A stretch of 64,000 bases of DNA from Eledone cirrhosa (Eukaryota), in the NCBI GenBank assembly GCA_964016885.1, contig OZ024741.1, forward strand, positions 277,512,001-277,576,000. Reading direction: 5' to 3'. A program made the position numbers and the translations under genes. This document shows, in pieces, positions 42,269 through 55,734 of the stretch. The notes below the pieces were generated by a model that did no database searches, had not been told where the DNA came from, and was given only the letters and a program-made list of their open reading frames with translations. Position 1 is the stretch's first letter. The number at the start of each line of letters is the position of its first letter.

Positions 42269-45200
42269 CTACAGGCTGATATAGAGAGAAGGCCCATTCA
42301 CTCGGGCCATTCTCGCCACTTTCACCCACCTTTCATAAAACTTGCTGGGGTACAGCACCTCTCTCTCCATCCTGATTCTTCTTCCAAAGTGGTATTTGAA
42401 AAAAAGAATCAGTTGTTGGCCGGAGAGAAAGGTGTCTGACCTCAGCCCTTTCAAGCTTGTCCACCATACAACCTCTTTCGCCATAGCTATCACACAAAGG
42501 AAAACCGCCTCTCCTTCGATTTTGAAGGAGGGTGGCGGTTTGATCATGACAATGGACTCGGTGGTCAACTGGATTGGTCCCACCCGCGACAATAGTCGTT
42601 CTACATAGCCCCACAGGTCAGTGACGCCCGGGCAGTGTATGAATGCGTGCGCGACGGTTTCTTCGTCTCGCACGCACGTCGGATAGATCTTTTTTGCAGG
42701 GTCCCTGCCCGGGCGCCCATGTCTGTAGAGCTTGTCTCGAACTGGTAGAGCTCCTCGGTAGCACTGCCAGGCCAGGGACTTTTGGAAGTTATCCATCGGT
42801 CCCGCGCGGAAGGTCCTACCGAACAGACTGGCCAGTTCATCTTCCTTTACGCCTAGAGTTTCACCGAGCGCGTCGTCGCACTTGCAGCGGATCAACCCTC
42901 TATAGAATGACGAAGTGGAGTCTCCACTGATCGCCGGGTCCGCCTGCCAGAGGGCTGTGAGCACCTGAGCACATTCAATGTGCCAGTCGCCCATTTTCCT
43001 CGGTCTTTGCTTGACCCAGGACTGCAGCTCGGTCAGCGAGACGAGTCGTTGGAAGGCTCACCTCATGAACGGGGCCCACACCGGTTGTCCGGTGAGGAAT
43101 ACGTAGAGATGCCGCAGCCTGAGCGCGTGTTTGCGCATCGTCAACCACGGCATCCTCAGCCCTCAGCAGATAGATCTTCTCACCAAAGGAGCCCGCCTCT
43201 TCCAAAGGAATCGGAAGAGCGCGCGTTCCATTTTGGCGAGCGTTTTGGCTGGACAAGGCACGACGGTCAAGCGGTAGTAGATGGCGGACGCTATAAAAGT
43301 GTTCGCCACCTCCGCTCGCCCTTTCAAGGATAGTTTGCACTCGGCCCACTTCTGGGTGAGTGCAAACACCTTGGCCGTCACTTCGTTCCAGTTCTTCTCC
43401 ACCTGGAGGTCCGGACCAAACCAGACTCCGAGCAGCTTTACCGGTCCTTCCGTCCAGCGTCCGACGACGCCATCGGAAGGCATCGGTTTGCCTCTCCACG
43501 ATCCGAGTTGCAAACCGATGGACTTGTCCCGGTTCAGCTTCGCTCCTGTGAAACTTTCGTATTCCTTCAGTAAGGTGTTGCTGCTGTGCATTGCAGCAAT
43601 CCAGCCCCTGAACACGGGTCCGAAGCCTGCCGCCTCGAGCACCGCATCCAGGTAACGATGGTCAACCCTATCGAAAGCCTTAGACTGATCCAAGTTGATC
43701 AGGGCCCCACCGAAGCCGGGTTTACACCCTACCCTCTCTATGATGTATCGCATGAGGTGGAGGTTGTCGTGTATGGACCTGGTCGGGATTGCGCATATCT
43801 GCGCTTCTCCCACCAGGTTCTCGACGACAAGCGCCAGCCTCTTTGCCAACACCTTGGCCAAAATCTGTAACTCTGTGTTTAGCAGAGTTATGGGCCGGAA
43901 GTTGCCTATGTCATCCCCCTTATTCTCGTCCTTCCTGATTAGTGTGACCACGCCGCGTTTACAGAACTGGGAATTCTCCCGTTCTGTTGCCAGTTGCAGT
44001 AGACCGCTTCCAGGAGACCGGAGAATAAGTCCGGCATTGCTACGTAAAATTCGTAGGGTAGACCGTCGAGACCTGGAGATTTGCGTTTGCCGCATTGGCT
44101 CAGCGCGTCCCCTATCTCAGTGGCTGAAATCGGCTTTTCGCAGAACTTTGCCTCGCTGTCCGAGAGTCGCGGTAGGCCGTCGAGGTATGGACCGAAATCC
44201 ATAGCCTCTCCCGGCGCCCCCCCCCCCCCCGAACAGCTGAGCAAAGTGCCGCTGAAAAGCCGCACACATCTGCTTACGTATCACGCGTCCGTTTTGGTCC
44301 TTCAAAGACCGAATCGTGGACTTGTTGCCACTTTTTGCCTCCGTCACTCGGACCCAGTTAACAGCTTTGGCTCCCTCGTTTCCCAGGGCACGTATTTTGC
44401 TTCTGACAACGCAGCCCTCGTGCTTTGCGTCGAAGAACTGGTCCAAGGCCGTTCTCGTTGCTAGCACGCTGGCTACGTTGCCACTTCTAATTGCCTCTTC
44501 TACTTTATCTACCAGTTCCTTCTCGGTTCTATTTCTATCTAACACTAATTCTTTACTAAAAACTATCGAGTCTAATCTAACTGCCCTCTTGAGAGAGTAC
44601 CACCATCTGTTGTTGACAATGGCCCCTGTCAAGTGCTGTTTAACTAAAGTGCTAATCCGTCTACTGTAGGCTTTGCTTGTCGGTAACGACAAGTTCAGCT
44701 TCCAGTAGCCGGGTCCTTGTCTATGGGTTCTATCAAGGTTGGCCATGCAGGTCACTAGTTTGTGATCTGAATAGGCAACCATGAACATTTGTGGACAGCT
44801 TAACATGTCCCTATCCTTATTTCTAACTAGAACCCTATCTAGGTACGATCTAGATGTTCTGCTACGATTACTCCACGTCCACAGTGGCGCAGTCGGAAAA
44901 TCTAGTCGATATCTATCGGCCAGGTCAAATCGGTCGATTAACTGTTTGAGGCTGTTACACCCCCCTTTTCCGGGACATGCTCCCACATAGTCCCAACGTG
45001 CATCTAGGATTCCATTCCAGTCCCCCACTAAAAGCAAGGAGCGGGACGTTCCCAGAAAAGTCTCTAGACGTTTGAAGAAGTCTGGCCGCGGTGTCCCGGA
45101 TGGGGCATATGCGGCCACCAGCCTGAAGGCTCCACCTTCACTACCGTCAACGTCTAGGACCACTAGTCGACCCTCCGGGTCCGGATGTACCGTCTGTGTT

Positions 45201-45442
45201 ACGAGGCCCAGGTGTTTCCGCAGCAAAACGGCAACTCCGCCCCCACCCCCCGGTTGACAGAGAGATGCGTAGATCTCAAAGTCATCGAAGATGGGGGCCA
45301 GTTGTCGCTCGCCGTGGATCCTGGACTCGCAAATGGCTACCACATCCAAACTGTGCGACCTGAGGTCGTTTAAGAGTTTGCCCTGTTTCCAGGGCATCCC
45401 CAGGCCGCGTACGTTCACACATCCAACTCTTATATTGGCCAT
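42269..45442 (-). pseudogene. LINE ORF2 (APE endonuclease-RT-zinc finger), frameshifted, RT core deleted
   Basis: NVRGL, ICESR, AYAP, VGDWN, YLDRV, SDHK, YWKLN; KSPGLDGLPYEFY; NFRPITLLN, LDQSKAFDRVDH; C..DEETVAHAFIHC. No QG..SP or YADD segment. Confidence 0.9.
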
Positions 45443-45935
45443 GTTGGTGCTGAAAAGTTAAAAGAGGAAAAGAGATCACTCACCCTTCGCCTCCTGGGGA
45501 CCAGGCCGCACGATTTCCATGGGGGTGTTGGAGGGGTTGTCTGGATGGGTGGTGGTTTCCGGCGGGGTGAGGACGCAGATGTTTGGTGGGGTGGGGTCTG
45601 GTGGGATGGGGGTGTCTGGGGTGGGGAGGCATTTGAGAAGGACGCGGTTGAGTGGTTTCACGCAGGAATTCCCCACATCCTTCTCAAATGTTTCTTTTAG
45701 GGACCTATAAGTTTGTATAGGGACCCTAATCAGTTTTAGGTTCAGTTTTTTGCTATTTTTAATAGAGTGGGCGAAAGTTTTCCCTTCGGTTTTCACCGAA
45801 GGGTCGTTCGTGATGGTCTCCATTAGTGTTTTGTTTTCAGTGTTTATGTAAGTGTAAGTGTAATTTTCTTGTGTTGTGTTTGTTTTTGTCTGTAGTTCTT
45901 GTGTGTGCTTTCGTTTTGTTGTAGGTATTTTGTTT

Positions 45936-47393
45936 TCAGGAGGTGGGGGTTTTGTTTGTGATGTTTTTGTTGTTTGTGTTGGTGGTTGTATGTTTGTGGT
46001 AGTGTTTGCTGGTTTTTTTGTTTTTGTGATGTCTTTTCTTTCTTTTCGAGCGATGGGGTTCTCCCTCGTCTTCACTGGTTGATGGCGAGATAGCCTCATC
46101 TGTTGTATCGTCTGTGTGATTGGGGAGGGGTATGTCTTGGGGAGCTGTTGTGTCTGTATGTGATTTTGCAGTGGTTTTAGGTGGAGTGGGGTTTGGTGGG
46201 ACTGTGTTTGTTGTGGTTATTTTTGTGTGTTGGTGTTGTTGTTGTTGTGGTGGTGTTGGTGCTTGTGTTGTTTTGATGGGTGTCGGCAGAAGAGCCTTTT
46301 TTTGGTTCATTAATTTAGGACAGGAAGCCCTCAGGTGACCCCTGCTAAAGCAATGGTAACATGAAGGCCGCCTACCTTCAACCGAAAAGTTTATGTAGAT
46401 GAGTCCGTCCAGGAGTACACGCTGTGGGATCATAGCTATTCGCTCTGGGCTCATTTGCACCAGGACTTCAATGCTAGTCCCATTGAATACATCTCTGGGG
46501 GACTTGCCTACTGACAGTATTCTGTCTTCATCAAAATTGATGAAGCCGCACAGTATCCACCATATGTTCACCTTTGGTGTGACACTCGTGATTCTGATCT
46601 TTTGTGTCCTTTTTCCCATGTATGTAGGGAAAAAGGTGTACAGGTTGGATACAATTGGCGACACAGAGTAATTTTGGGCCGTCAATTGATCCTTCATGAG
46701 TACCGAAATACTCCCAAAAAGTTTGCTTCTTTGAATGAATGCAATATCATTCATTGAATTTTTGAAAACCAGTTCAATTTCTTTCTGTGACAATTGGACT
46801 GGTTTTCGGGTTGAATTGGAAACTGTCCTAAAAACTATCGTTTTGAGAGCAGTTTCCTTGCGAATTTCTACCGGAGAATTGATGCTGAAAGCACCATTTT
46901 TTTCGAAACTGACATATCTCCTAGCGTCCTTTAAAAGTTGTTCAGCATTTGTTATGTCGAGATATATCAATTCTTCCTTTTTTTTAACTTTCTCTGCAAA
47001 GGAAATTTTTGGTTTCTTTGTGGAATCCGTATTGGTGGTGGTGTCATTATTGTTGTTATTCTTGTTGTTATTCTTGTTGTCACCGATGTTGGTATTATCC
47101 GTATTTTCCTTGGTGTTGTTGTTGTCTTTGATGCTGGTGTTATTGGTGTTGTCTTTATTTTTTTCTTTGTTGTTGTTATCATTGTTGCTTTTATCATCAT
47201 TATTGGTGTTGCTGTTATTTTTGTTGTCATTGAATTGTTTGGTGTCATTTGTGTTGTTTGAATATGAATTCGTTTTTACATTTTCATTTCGTCTTTCCAT
47301 CTCTATAGTATCTAGTGAAGAAGACGTTGTTGACTGCGAGCTTTGTAGTCTTACCGCCTCTCCACCACCATTATCGTTGGACGCAGCGTTCAT
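45936..47393 (-). CDS. LINE ORF1 (gag-like, zinc knuckle); probably continues by frameshift to 45476
   Basis: VEGRRPSCYHCFSRGHLRASCP (CX2CX4HX4C), Asn-rich N-terminus, Thr/Pro-rich C-terminus. Confidence 0.8.
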   Translation of the reverse strand: MNAASNDNGGGEAVRLQSSQSTTSSSLDTIEMERRNENVKTNSYSNNTNDTKQFNDNKNNSNTNNDDKSNNDNNNKEKNKDNTNNTSIKDNNNTKENTDNTNIGDNKNNNKNNNNNDTTTNTDSTKKPKISFAEKVKKKEELIYLDITNAEQLLKDARRYVSFEKNGAFSINSPVEIRKETALKTIVFRTVSNSTRKPVQLSQKEIELVFKNSMNDIAFIQRSKLFGSISVLMKDQLTAQNYSVSPIVSNLYTFFPTYMGKRTQKIRITSVTPKVNIWWILCGFINFDEDRILSVGKSPRDVFNGTSIEVLVQMSPERIAMIPQRVLLDGLIYINFSVEGRRPSCYHCFSRGHLRASCPKLMNQKKALLPTPIKTTQAPTPPQQQQHQHTKITTTNTVPPNPTPPKTTAKSHTDTTAPQDIPLPNHTDDTTDEAISPSTSEDEGEPHRSKRKKRHHKNKKTSKHYHKHTTTNTNNKNITNKTPTS

Positions 47394-47679
47394 AACGTAA
47401 TCAAAATTTTACAATATTTTTTCCAAGATTCGATGGAGAAAAATTTTTTAAATGGATATTCCGCCCCTGTAGGGGCGAAAATGAGTTGACCCACCACCTG
47501 AAGGTCCAGACGGGTGGTCAAGTTACACAATGATATAAAATTTAACTAAAAACTCACGTTTTTTTCTTACATAAATTAACGGAAACTTCTCCGCGAAGTT
47601 ACACACGTCTGATAGAGAGATAGATAGATAGATATATCAAGATTTACGCAGATTAGCAATACAGTAGGATATATTTCTA

Positions 47680-48090
47680 GCACTAGCAGAAAAACCACAT
47701 CAAATGAAATCGTAATTGACAATATACACTGAAATTGAACGAAGTCTACATTACACTCTCTTATGTAATCAGTAAAGTAATCCATGATACATTAAAAAAA
47801 GACGATATTATATATAAACTGCATGAGGAAAAAAATTAGTGACGGAAATATATCAATGTTTATATAAGTGATCGCTAACAGTGTTGACATTTGAAAATTT
47901 TAAAGAAGTGAATCTTAAAATAAGCAATAAAATTATTTATATTTAATCAAGAATTACCAAGTTTAGTAGAAAAATTATGTAATATTCATTCATTATTTAT
48001 TCAAAGTAATCCAACTTATTTTACAAGCGGGAAAAAAAATAATATTCTTGACGCAGTCCCACACTCCTTACTTTATTATAGATTAGATTT
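47680..48090 (+). mobile_element. Non-autonomous Helitron-like repeat; second copy at 58022-58515
   Basis: Both copies start actagcagaaaaaccac, end ctcctt.ctttattatag.ttagat and are similar throughout. The class assignment is inference. Confidence 0.55.
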
Positions 48091-48204
48091 ACATATCTTT
48101 CATTGCAGTTTTAGGAGTTTGAGTGAATAACCACTATAGGCTGAAACAGTCCTCGATACTAGTGTCCTCTTGAACTAGTGTAATTGAAAATGATGTCTCG
48201 TACA

Positions 48205-48247
<43 letters not shown>

Positions 48248-48457
48248 ACGAGTAGGACCCCGACGGCTGAGCTCAAGCCGTTTCGACGGCTAATTCTGGA
48301 CTAAAATGCCGTCTAAAATGCCGACTAATTAGCCGTCGGAACGGCTTGAGCTCAGTCGTCGGGGTCCTACTCGTTCCTATTACCCACTCTACTACCCTAA
48401 GTATTGAGTACTTTGGTGCGTTATGGTCCATCTGGTTCCTTACCACATTTCCTTCGT

Positions 48458-49309
<852 letters not shown>

Positions 49310-49312
<3 letters not shown>

Positions 49313-50853
49313 ATAATAATAAAATTGAAGACTAAAATCCAAAGAGGGCTCGATAAGGATAAATATATATCAAATATATAAGAACCGTAGAGCAAATATT
49401 TATTAAAATAACAGATTAAAGTTTAAGCAAAGAATCGCTGCTTTCACCCTTAACGGGATCTTCTGAAACTAACAAAGACAATCTGTAAACGCAGAACTGC
49501 ATATTTCAAAAAACGTTGCAACCGGAGGAAGACAGGAAGACGATACTTTGGTTCGTGGAAACGTTCGCCTGCAAAGAACGGGAAAAAACGAATAATACGT
49601 CATTAATAGGAGCGGTGAAAAACAATTACGCGCAAAGACAGAACCACGTTTATGGTATAAAAGAGATCGTAGATTAATGTTCTCTAAGGGGTGCATAGAG
49701 ACGTTCTCTGGCAATGAACGAAAAAACGAAGATAATAAGTCATATGTGGAGCGTGGAGAACAATAGCACGCAAATATAAAACCACGTAAATGGTATAGCA
49801 GAAGTCGTAGACTAAAATTCTAACTAGGAGACCAAATGAATCTCCGCTACAGAGTTAAGAACAAAGTAAATAAATACACTACAGAAGTAATAGAAATAAA
49901 TAAATACATACACGCAAACAAATACGTACATGCACAAGCATACGCAAAACCTTACCATAGGTATACAGAACCACGCACATATAAATATGTGTGTGTGTAT
50001 GCTTGTGTACAAATAAATAAATAATTATATAAACGTATATAAGTAAATAAATACGTATATAACAAGCGCACACACATACCTACATATAAATACACGAATG
50101 TTCGGAGACGTAAGTCAACTAAAACAAGAAGTACACATATACACACACCCACCATACGTACGAACCTGCATACTCACGCAGACGCAAAACTCCCGTATAC
50201 ACATAGCCAAACCCTAAATACCAGAATATATAAAAATTATACGCCATAACAATCAAATATACGTACGAGAAGGTATACATACCTTCACAAAGCATACGGG
50301 TAATATATACTTACCTATGCAAATAAGTAAAGGAATAAACAAAACATATACTTAGCTCCCACATCAAGACGTAAAATATCCACGTATAGATCGTACTATC
50401 CGTTAGGGTATAACGTGGGGCTGTAATACAGGAAAGTTTCGTGCAATTTATATTTACAAGCCGAAATTGCCTCAGATTTTTTGTTTAAGATGTGGTCTGT
50501 GGCGTAGAGTATTTCCAGGGCCTCAGCGGCGCAGAGGTCACATGATCTTTTATTTCCGTTATACGATCTAGCCCTAGCTAGGATCTCCCAGTGTAACTTA
50601 TATTGGGTGTGGTTGTCTTTTAGACTCCAGATATAAGCTGAAAGTGACGTCATATTCCTTCTTAGAGGGTAACGAAAAGAATGGGTATGCATGTAAAGAC
50701 GCTGCTTGAAACTATTGGCGGTTAACCCTATGTAGGCCCTACGGGACGTGGGTGTTACAACCTTACATTTGTAGACAATGTTACTAGAGAGGCATTTCCC
50801 GGATAGGGGGCAATCAGCCCGAATCCTACAATTACAGTTAGTACTAACTACAG

Positions 50854-50855
<2 letters not shown>
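49310..50855 (-). mobile_element. 5'-truncated Penelope-like element 3 (GIY-YIG domain plus 3' UTR)
   Basis: Minus frame CNCRIRADCPLSGKCLSSNIVYKCKV...YIGLTANSFKQRL...LSAYIWSLKD...CDLCAAE...LNKKSE (50850-50396). (TA)n flanks. Confidence 0.88.
49411..49486 (-). ncRNA. Type I hammerhead-like fold with variant core CAGAAGA
   Basis: Minus strand: ACAGATTG..AGTTT-CAGAAGA-tCCCgttaaGGGt-GAA-AGCAgcgattcttTGCT-T-AAACT.TAATCTGT. Confidence 0.6.
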
Positions 50856-50927
<72 letters not shown>

Positions 50928-51083
50928 ATATATATATTCGTGAGTGAATAATAATAATATTATCATAATACTATTAATATTTGGTTAGTTTCCAAGCAAC
51001 CAGCCTCATAACACCATGTGTGTGTTTCTAGATGACTGACTATGTTTCAGTGCATATATATTATGTGTATACATATATATGTA

Positions 51084-51337
<254 letters not shown>

Positions 51338-51589
51338 TATATATATTTACACACACACATTAGTCTATATACACACACATTCACACTCACATATACAGAT
51401 ACATGCACCGACGCGCAACACACACAAACACACACACACACACACGTAAACGCACACTTACACACACACACGTAGGAATATAGGTGAAGATTAGATGTGG
51501 AACAAGCATCGATTGGGTGTGAAACAGCAATCATTGGAACATAATTGATCTGCCTAAAAATATTTTCACTGAGACAACACCACCGCCAC

Positions 51590-53905
51590 AAACACTACCA
51601 CCACCTCTACCATTCTACCACCTCATCTCCACCACCACAACCTCTCTCCACACCACCTCTATCACCACCTCTATCTCCACCACCTCTACCACATCTATCA
51701 CCACCACCACCACCTCTACCACCTCTATCACCACCACCTCCACCTCTACCACCTCATCGCACCACCACACCTCTACCACCTCTACCCAACACCACCACCC
51801 AACCACCTCCAAACCACCACCACCACCTCTACACCACCACCACCACGACCTCTACCACCTCAATCTCCGCCACCACCACCACCACCCATAACCCACCACC
51901 ACCACCTCTACCACCTCATAACCACCACCACCACCTCTATCACCACCACCACGACCTCTACCACCTCAATCACCACCACCTCTGCCACCTCTATCACCAC
52001 CACCACCCCCACCTCTACCACCACCACCTCCACCCACCACCCACCACTCACACCACCACCACACCCCCTACCACCACCACCCCACCTCTACCACCTCTAT
52101 ACCACCACCACCACCACCACCACCACCTCTATCTCCACCACCACCACCTCTACCACCTCCATAACCACCACCACCACCTCTATCACCACCACCTCCACCT
52201 CTACCACCTCTATACCACCACCACCACCACCTCTACCACCTCTATCACCACCATCACCACCTCTATCACCACCGCTACCACCTCTATCACCACCTCTACC
52301 ACCTCTACCACCTCTATCACCACCACCACCACCTCTACCACCTCTATCACCACCACCTCCACCTCTACCACCTCTATAACCACCACCACAACCACCACCT
52401 CTATCACCACCACCACCACCTCTACCACCTCTATAACCACCACCACCACCACCTCTACCACCACCACCTCCACCACCTCTATCACCACCACCACCACCTC
52501 TACCACCTCTATCACCACCACCACCACCTCTACCACCTCTATCACCACCACCTCCACCTCTACCACCACCACCACCACCTCTACCACCTCTACCACCTCT
52601 ATCACCACCACCACCACCTCTACCACCTCCATAACCACCACCACCACCTCTACCACCTCTATCACCACACTTCTACCAACTCTATCACCACCACCACCAC
52701 CTCTACCACCTCTATCACCACCACCACCACCAGCACCACCTCTACCACCTCTACCACCTCTATCACCATCACCACCACCACCTCTATCACCACCACCACC
52801 ACTCTACCACCTCTATCTCCACCACCACCTCTACCACCTGTATCACCACCACCACCACCACCACCACCACCATCAGCACCACCACCACCTCTATCACCAC
52901 CACCACCACCTCTACCACCTCTATCACCACCACCACCACCTCTACCACCTCTATCACCACCACCACCACCTCTACCACCTTTATCACCACCACCACCACC
53001 ACCACCATCAGCACCACCACCACCTCTATCACCACCACCACCACCTCTACCACCTCTATCACCACCACCACCACCTCTACCACCTCTATCACCACCACCA
53101 TCACCATCATCACCACCACCACCTCTATCACCACCACCACCACCTCTACCACCTCTATCACCACCACCACCACCTCTACCACCTCTATCACTACCACCAT
53201 CACCATCAGCACCACCACCACCTCTATCACCACCACCACCACCTCTACCACCTCTATCACCACCACCACCACCTCTACCACCTCTATCACCACCACCACC
53301 ACCATCAGCACCACCACCACCTCTATCACCACCACCACCACCTCTACCACCTCTATCACCACCACCATCACCTCTATCACCACCACCACCACCATCAGCA
53401 CCACCACCACCTCTATCACCACCACCATCACCTCTACCACCTCTATCACTATTTTTATCACTGCCACTACAACTACTACCATCACAACCACCACAACCAC
53501 TACCACCACTATTACTTTAACTAGCATTATGACTACTACGACCATCATCGCCACCGCCAAGACCACAACCACCACCACCTGCACCATCACAACCACTATC
53601 ACCACCATCACTACCACCAACATCACCGACCACTAATACCACCACTACCACCACCATCACTACCACCACCACCATCACCACCATTACCACCAACATCACT
53701 ATCATTAACATCACAACTGCCACCACCACTGCTACCTCAACTACCACCACCATTGCCATCACCACCACCACCATCACTATCACTACCACCACCACCTTAA
53801 CGACGACTACTACTACAAACACCACTACTGCCACTACCACCACTTATACCTTTATCACACTATTATGACGACTCCCAACACTACTATCACCACTACTACT
53901 ACTGT
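51590..53905. repeat. (CAC)n-based compound tandem repeat (accacctctaccacctctatc units)
   Basis: Visible periodicity; it accounts for the 659-aa His/Thr/Pro ORF. Confidence 0.92.
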
Positions 53906-53929
53906 TTCCACACACATGCATACACACAC

Positions 53930-54009
<80 letters not shown>

Positions 54010-54024
54010 ACATACTTATGTATG

Positions 54025-54625
54025 TACACACTACAGGTTCATACATACACTACACACACATACATGCACACATACACACTACAGGTTCATACATACACTA
54101 CACACACATACATGCACACATACACACTACAGGTTCATACATACACTACACACACATACATGCACACATACACACTACAGGTTCATACATACACACACAT
54201 ACATGCACACATACACACTACAGGTTCATACATACACTACACACACATACATGCACACATACACACTACAGGTTCATACATACACTACACACACATACAT
54301 GCACACATACACACTACAGGTTTATACATATACTACACACACATACACACTACAGGTACATACATACACTACACACACATACACACTACAGGTACATACA
54401 TACACTACACACACATACACACTACAGGTACATACATACACTACACACACATACACACTACAGGTACATACATACACTACACACACATACACACTACAGG
54501 TACATACATACACTACACACACATACACACTACAGGTACATACATACACTACACACACATACACACTACAGGTACATACATACACTACACACACATACAC
54601 ACTACAGGTACATACATACATTACA
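54025..54625. repeat. Minisatellite switching from a 48-bp to a 36-bp unit
   Basis: ctacaggttcatac... has period 48 (54031, 54079); ctacaggtacatac... then has period 36 (54350, 54386). Confidence 0.9.
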
Positions 54626-55687
54626 GATATATACACACACAAATATATTAACACACCTAAATACGTACGGAAATTGAAAAATTATGAAGAAAATAGTCAT
54701 GTTGAGAGAGAGGGAGAGACGAGGGAGGGAGAGAGAGGGAGAGGAATGGAAGATAGAGAGAGAGGGGTAGAAAGAGAGAGTGTGTGGGAGTGTAGAAATG
54801 GGAAACAGTGGGGCATAGGAGGGGGAGTATGGTGAAGATGAGGATGAGAGAAGGAAAAAGGAAGAAAGAAGAAGAAGAAGAAGAAGAAGAAGAAGAAGAG
54901 GGGGAGCGGAGAAGAAGAAGAAGGAGGAGGAGAAGGAGAAGAAGGAGAAGAAGGAGAAGAAGATGAGGAGGGGGAGCGGAGAAGAAGAAGAAGGAGGAGG
55001 AGAAGGAGAAGAAGAAGAAGAAGAAGAAGAAGAAGAAGAAGAAGAAGAAGAAGAAGAAGAAGAAGGTGAGGAGGGGGAGCGAAGAAGAAGAAGAAGAAGA
55101 AGAAGAAGAAGAAGAAGAAGAAGAAGAAGAAGAGGCGTGTGAATAAGAGAGAGACAATATAGAGCGATAGCGACAGTTAAGGAGAAGAAGTAGAGGTGGG
55201 GAAGAAAGAGTGTAGAGAAAGGGAGAGTGGCAGTGTTGGAATGGGAAGTAGTGATGGGGAGGGGGGCTGAAAATATGTATGTATATAGTTGTTGACTGCA
55301 GGGGGAGGTAGAGGGAATAAAATGGATGAGAAAGAGGAGACATAGTCAGCAAGACAGACAGACTGACAGACAGATAGAGAGACACAGGCAAGCATCTTGA
55401 GCAAATATCTTTTGCCAAAGTCTCGTGTCGACCCAAACCTTGTCGGGCAGAAAGAAACAATGTGTAAACCAGTTGGATTGATGATTCCTGTAATTTAAAG
55501 GGTTCAGCCCTGTCGTACATTGTGTAACGCTGATTCGGCTTGAAAATTACATTGGTGGTGTACAGACGTGTGGAATACTCAACCACTTACGCTTGTACGT
55601 TAATTCACGAGTTCGCCGTTCCGTTCGTCGAACGACTAAATGCTGATCGTCGAAACCAACGGAGATTCCAGCAGCAGCAGAGCATCG

Positions 55688-55734
<47 letters not shown>

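Larger units (their letters stand above)
42005..47610 (-). mobile_element. Near full-length L1/Tx1-clade LINE inserted in (GATA)n
   Basis: Poly(A) tail (T-run 42005-42027), ORF1 with CCHC knuckle, ORF2 with APE and RT, (AGAT)n on both flanks. Confidence 0.92.

Noticed and set aside
46735-47400. Hydrophobic 221-aa plus-strand ORF resembling a membrane protein or further GPCR exon
   Set aside because: It is the antisense shadow of the Asn/Lys-rich LINE ORF1 and has no TM6/TM7 motifs (CWxP, NPxxY).
51545-53524. 659-aa His/Thr/Pro-rich ORF (mucin- or His-rich-protein-like)
   Set aside because: It is a translation of (CAC)n tandem repeats, drifts between poly-P, poly-T and poly-H registers, and has no splice or domain evidence.
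54025-54625. CRISPR-like regular repeats (also 63295-64000)
   Set aside because: No unique spacers, no cas genes, eukaryotic context; these are ordinary minisatellites.
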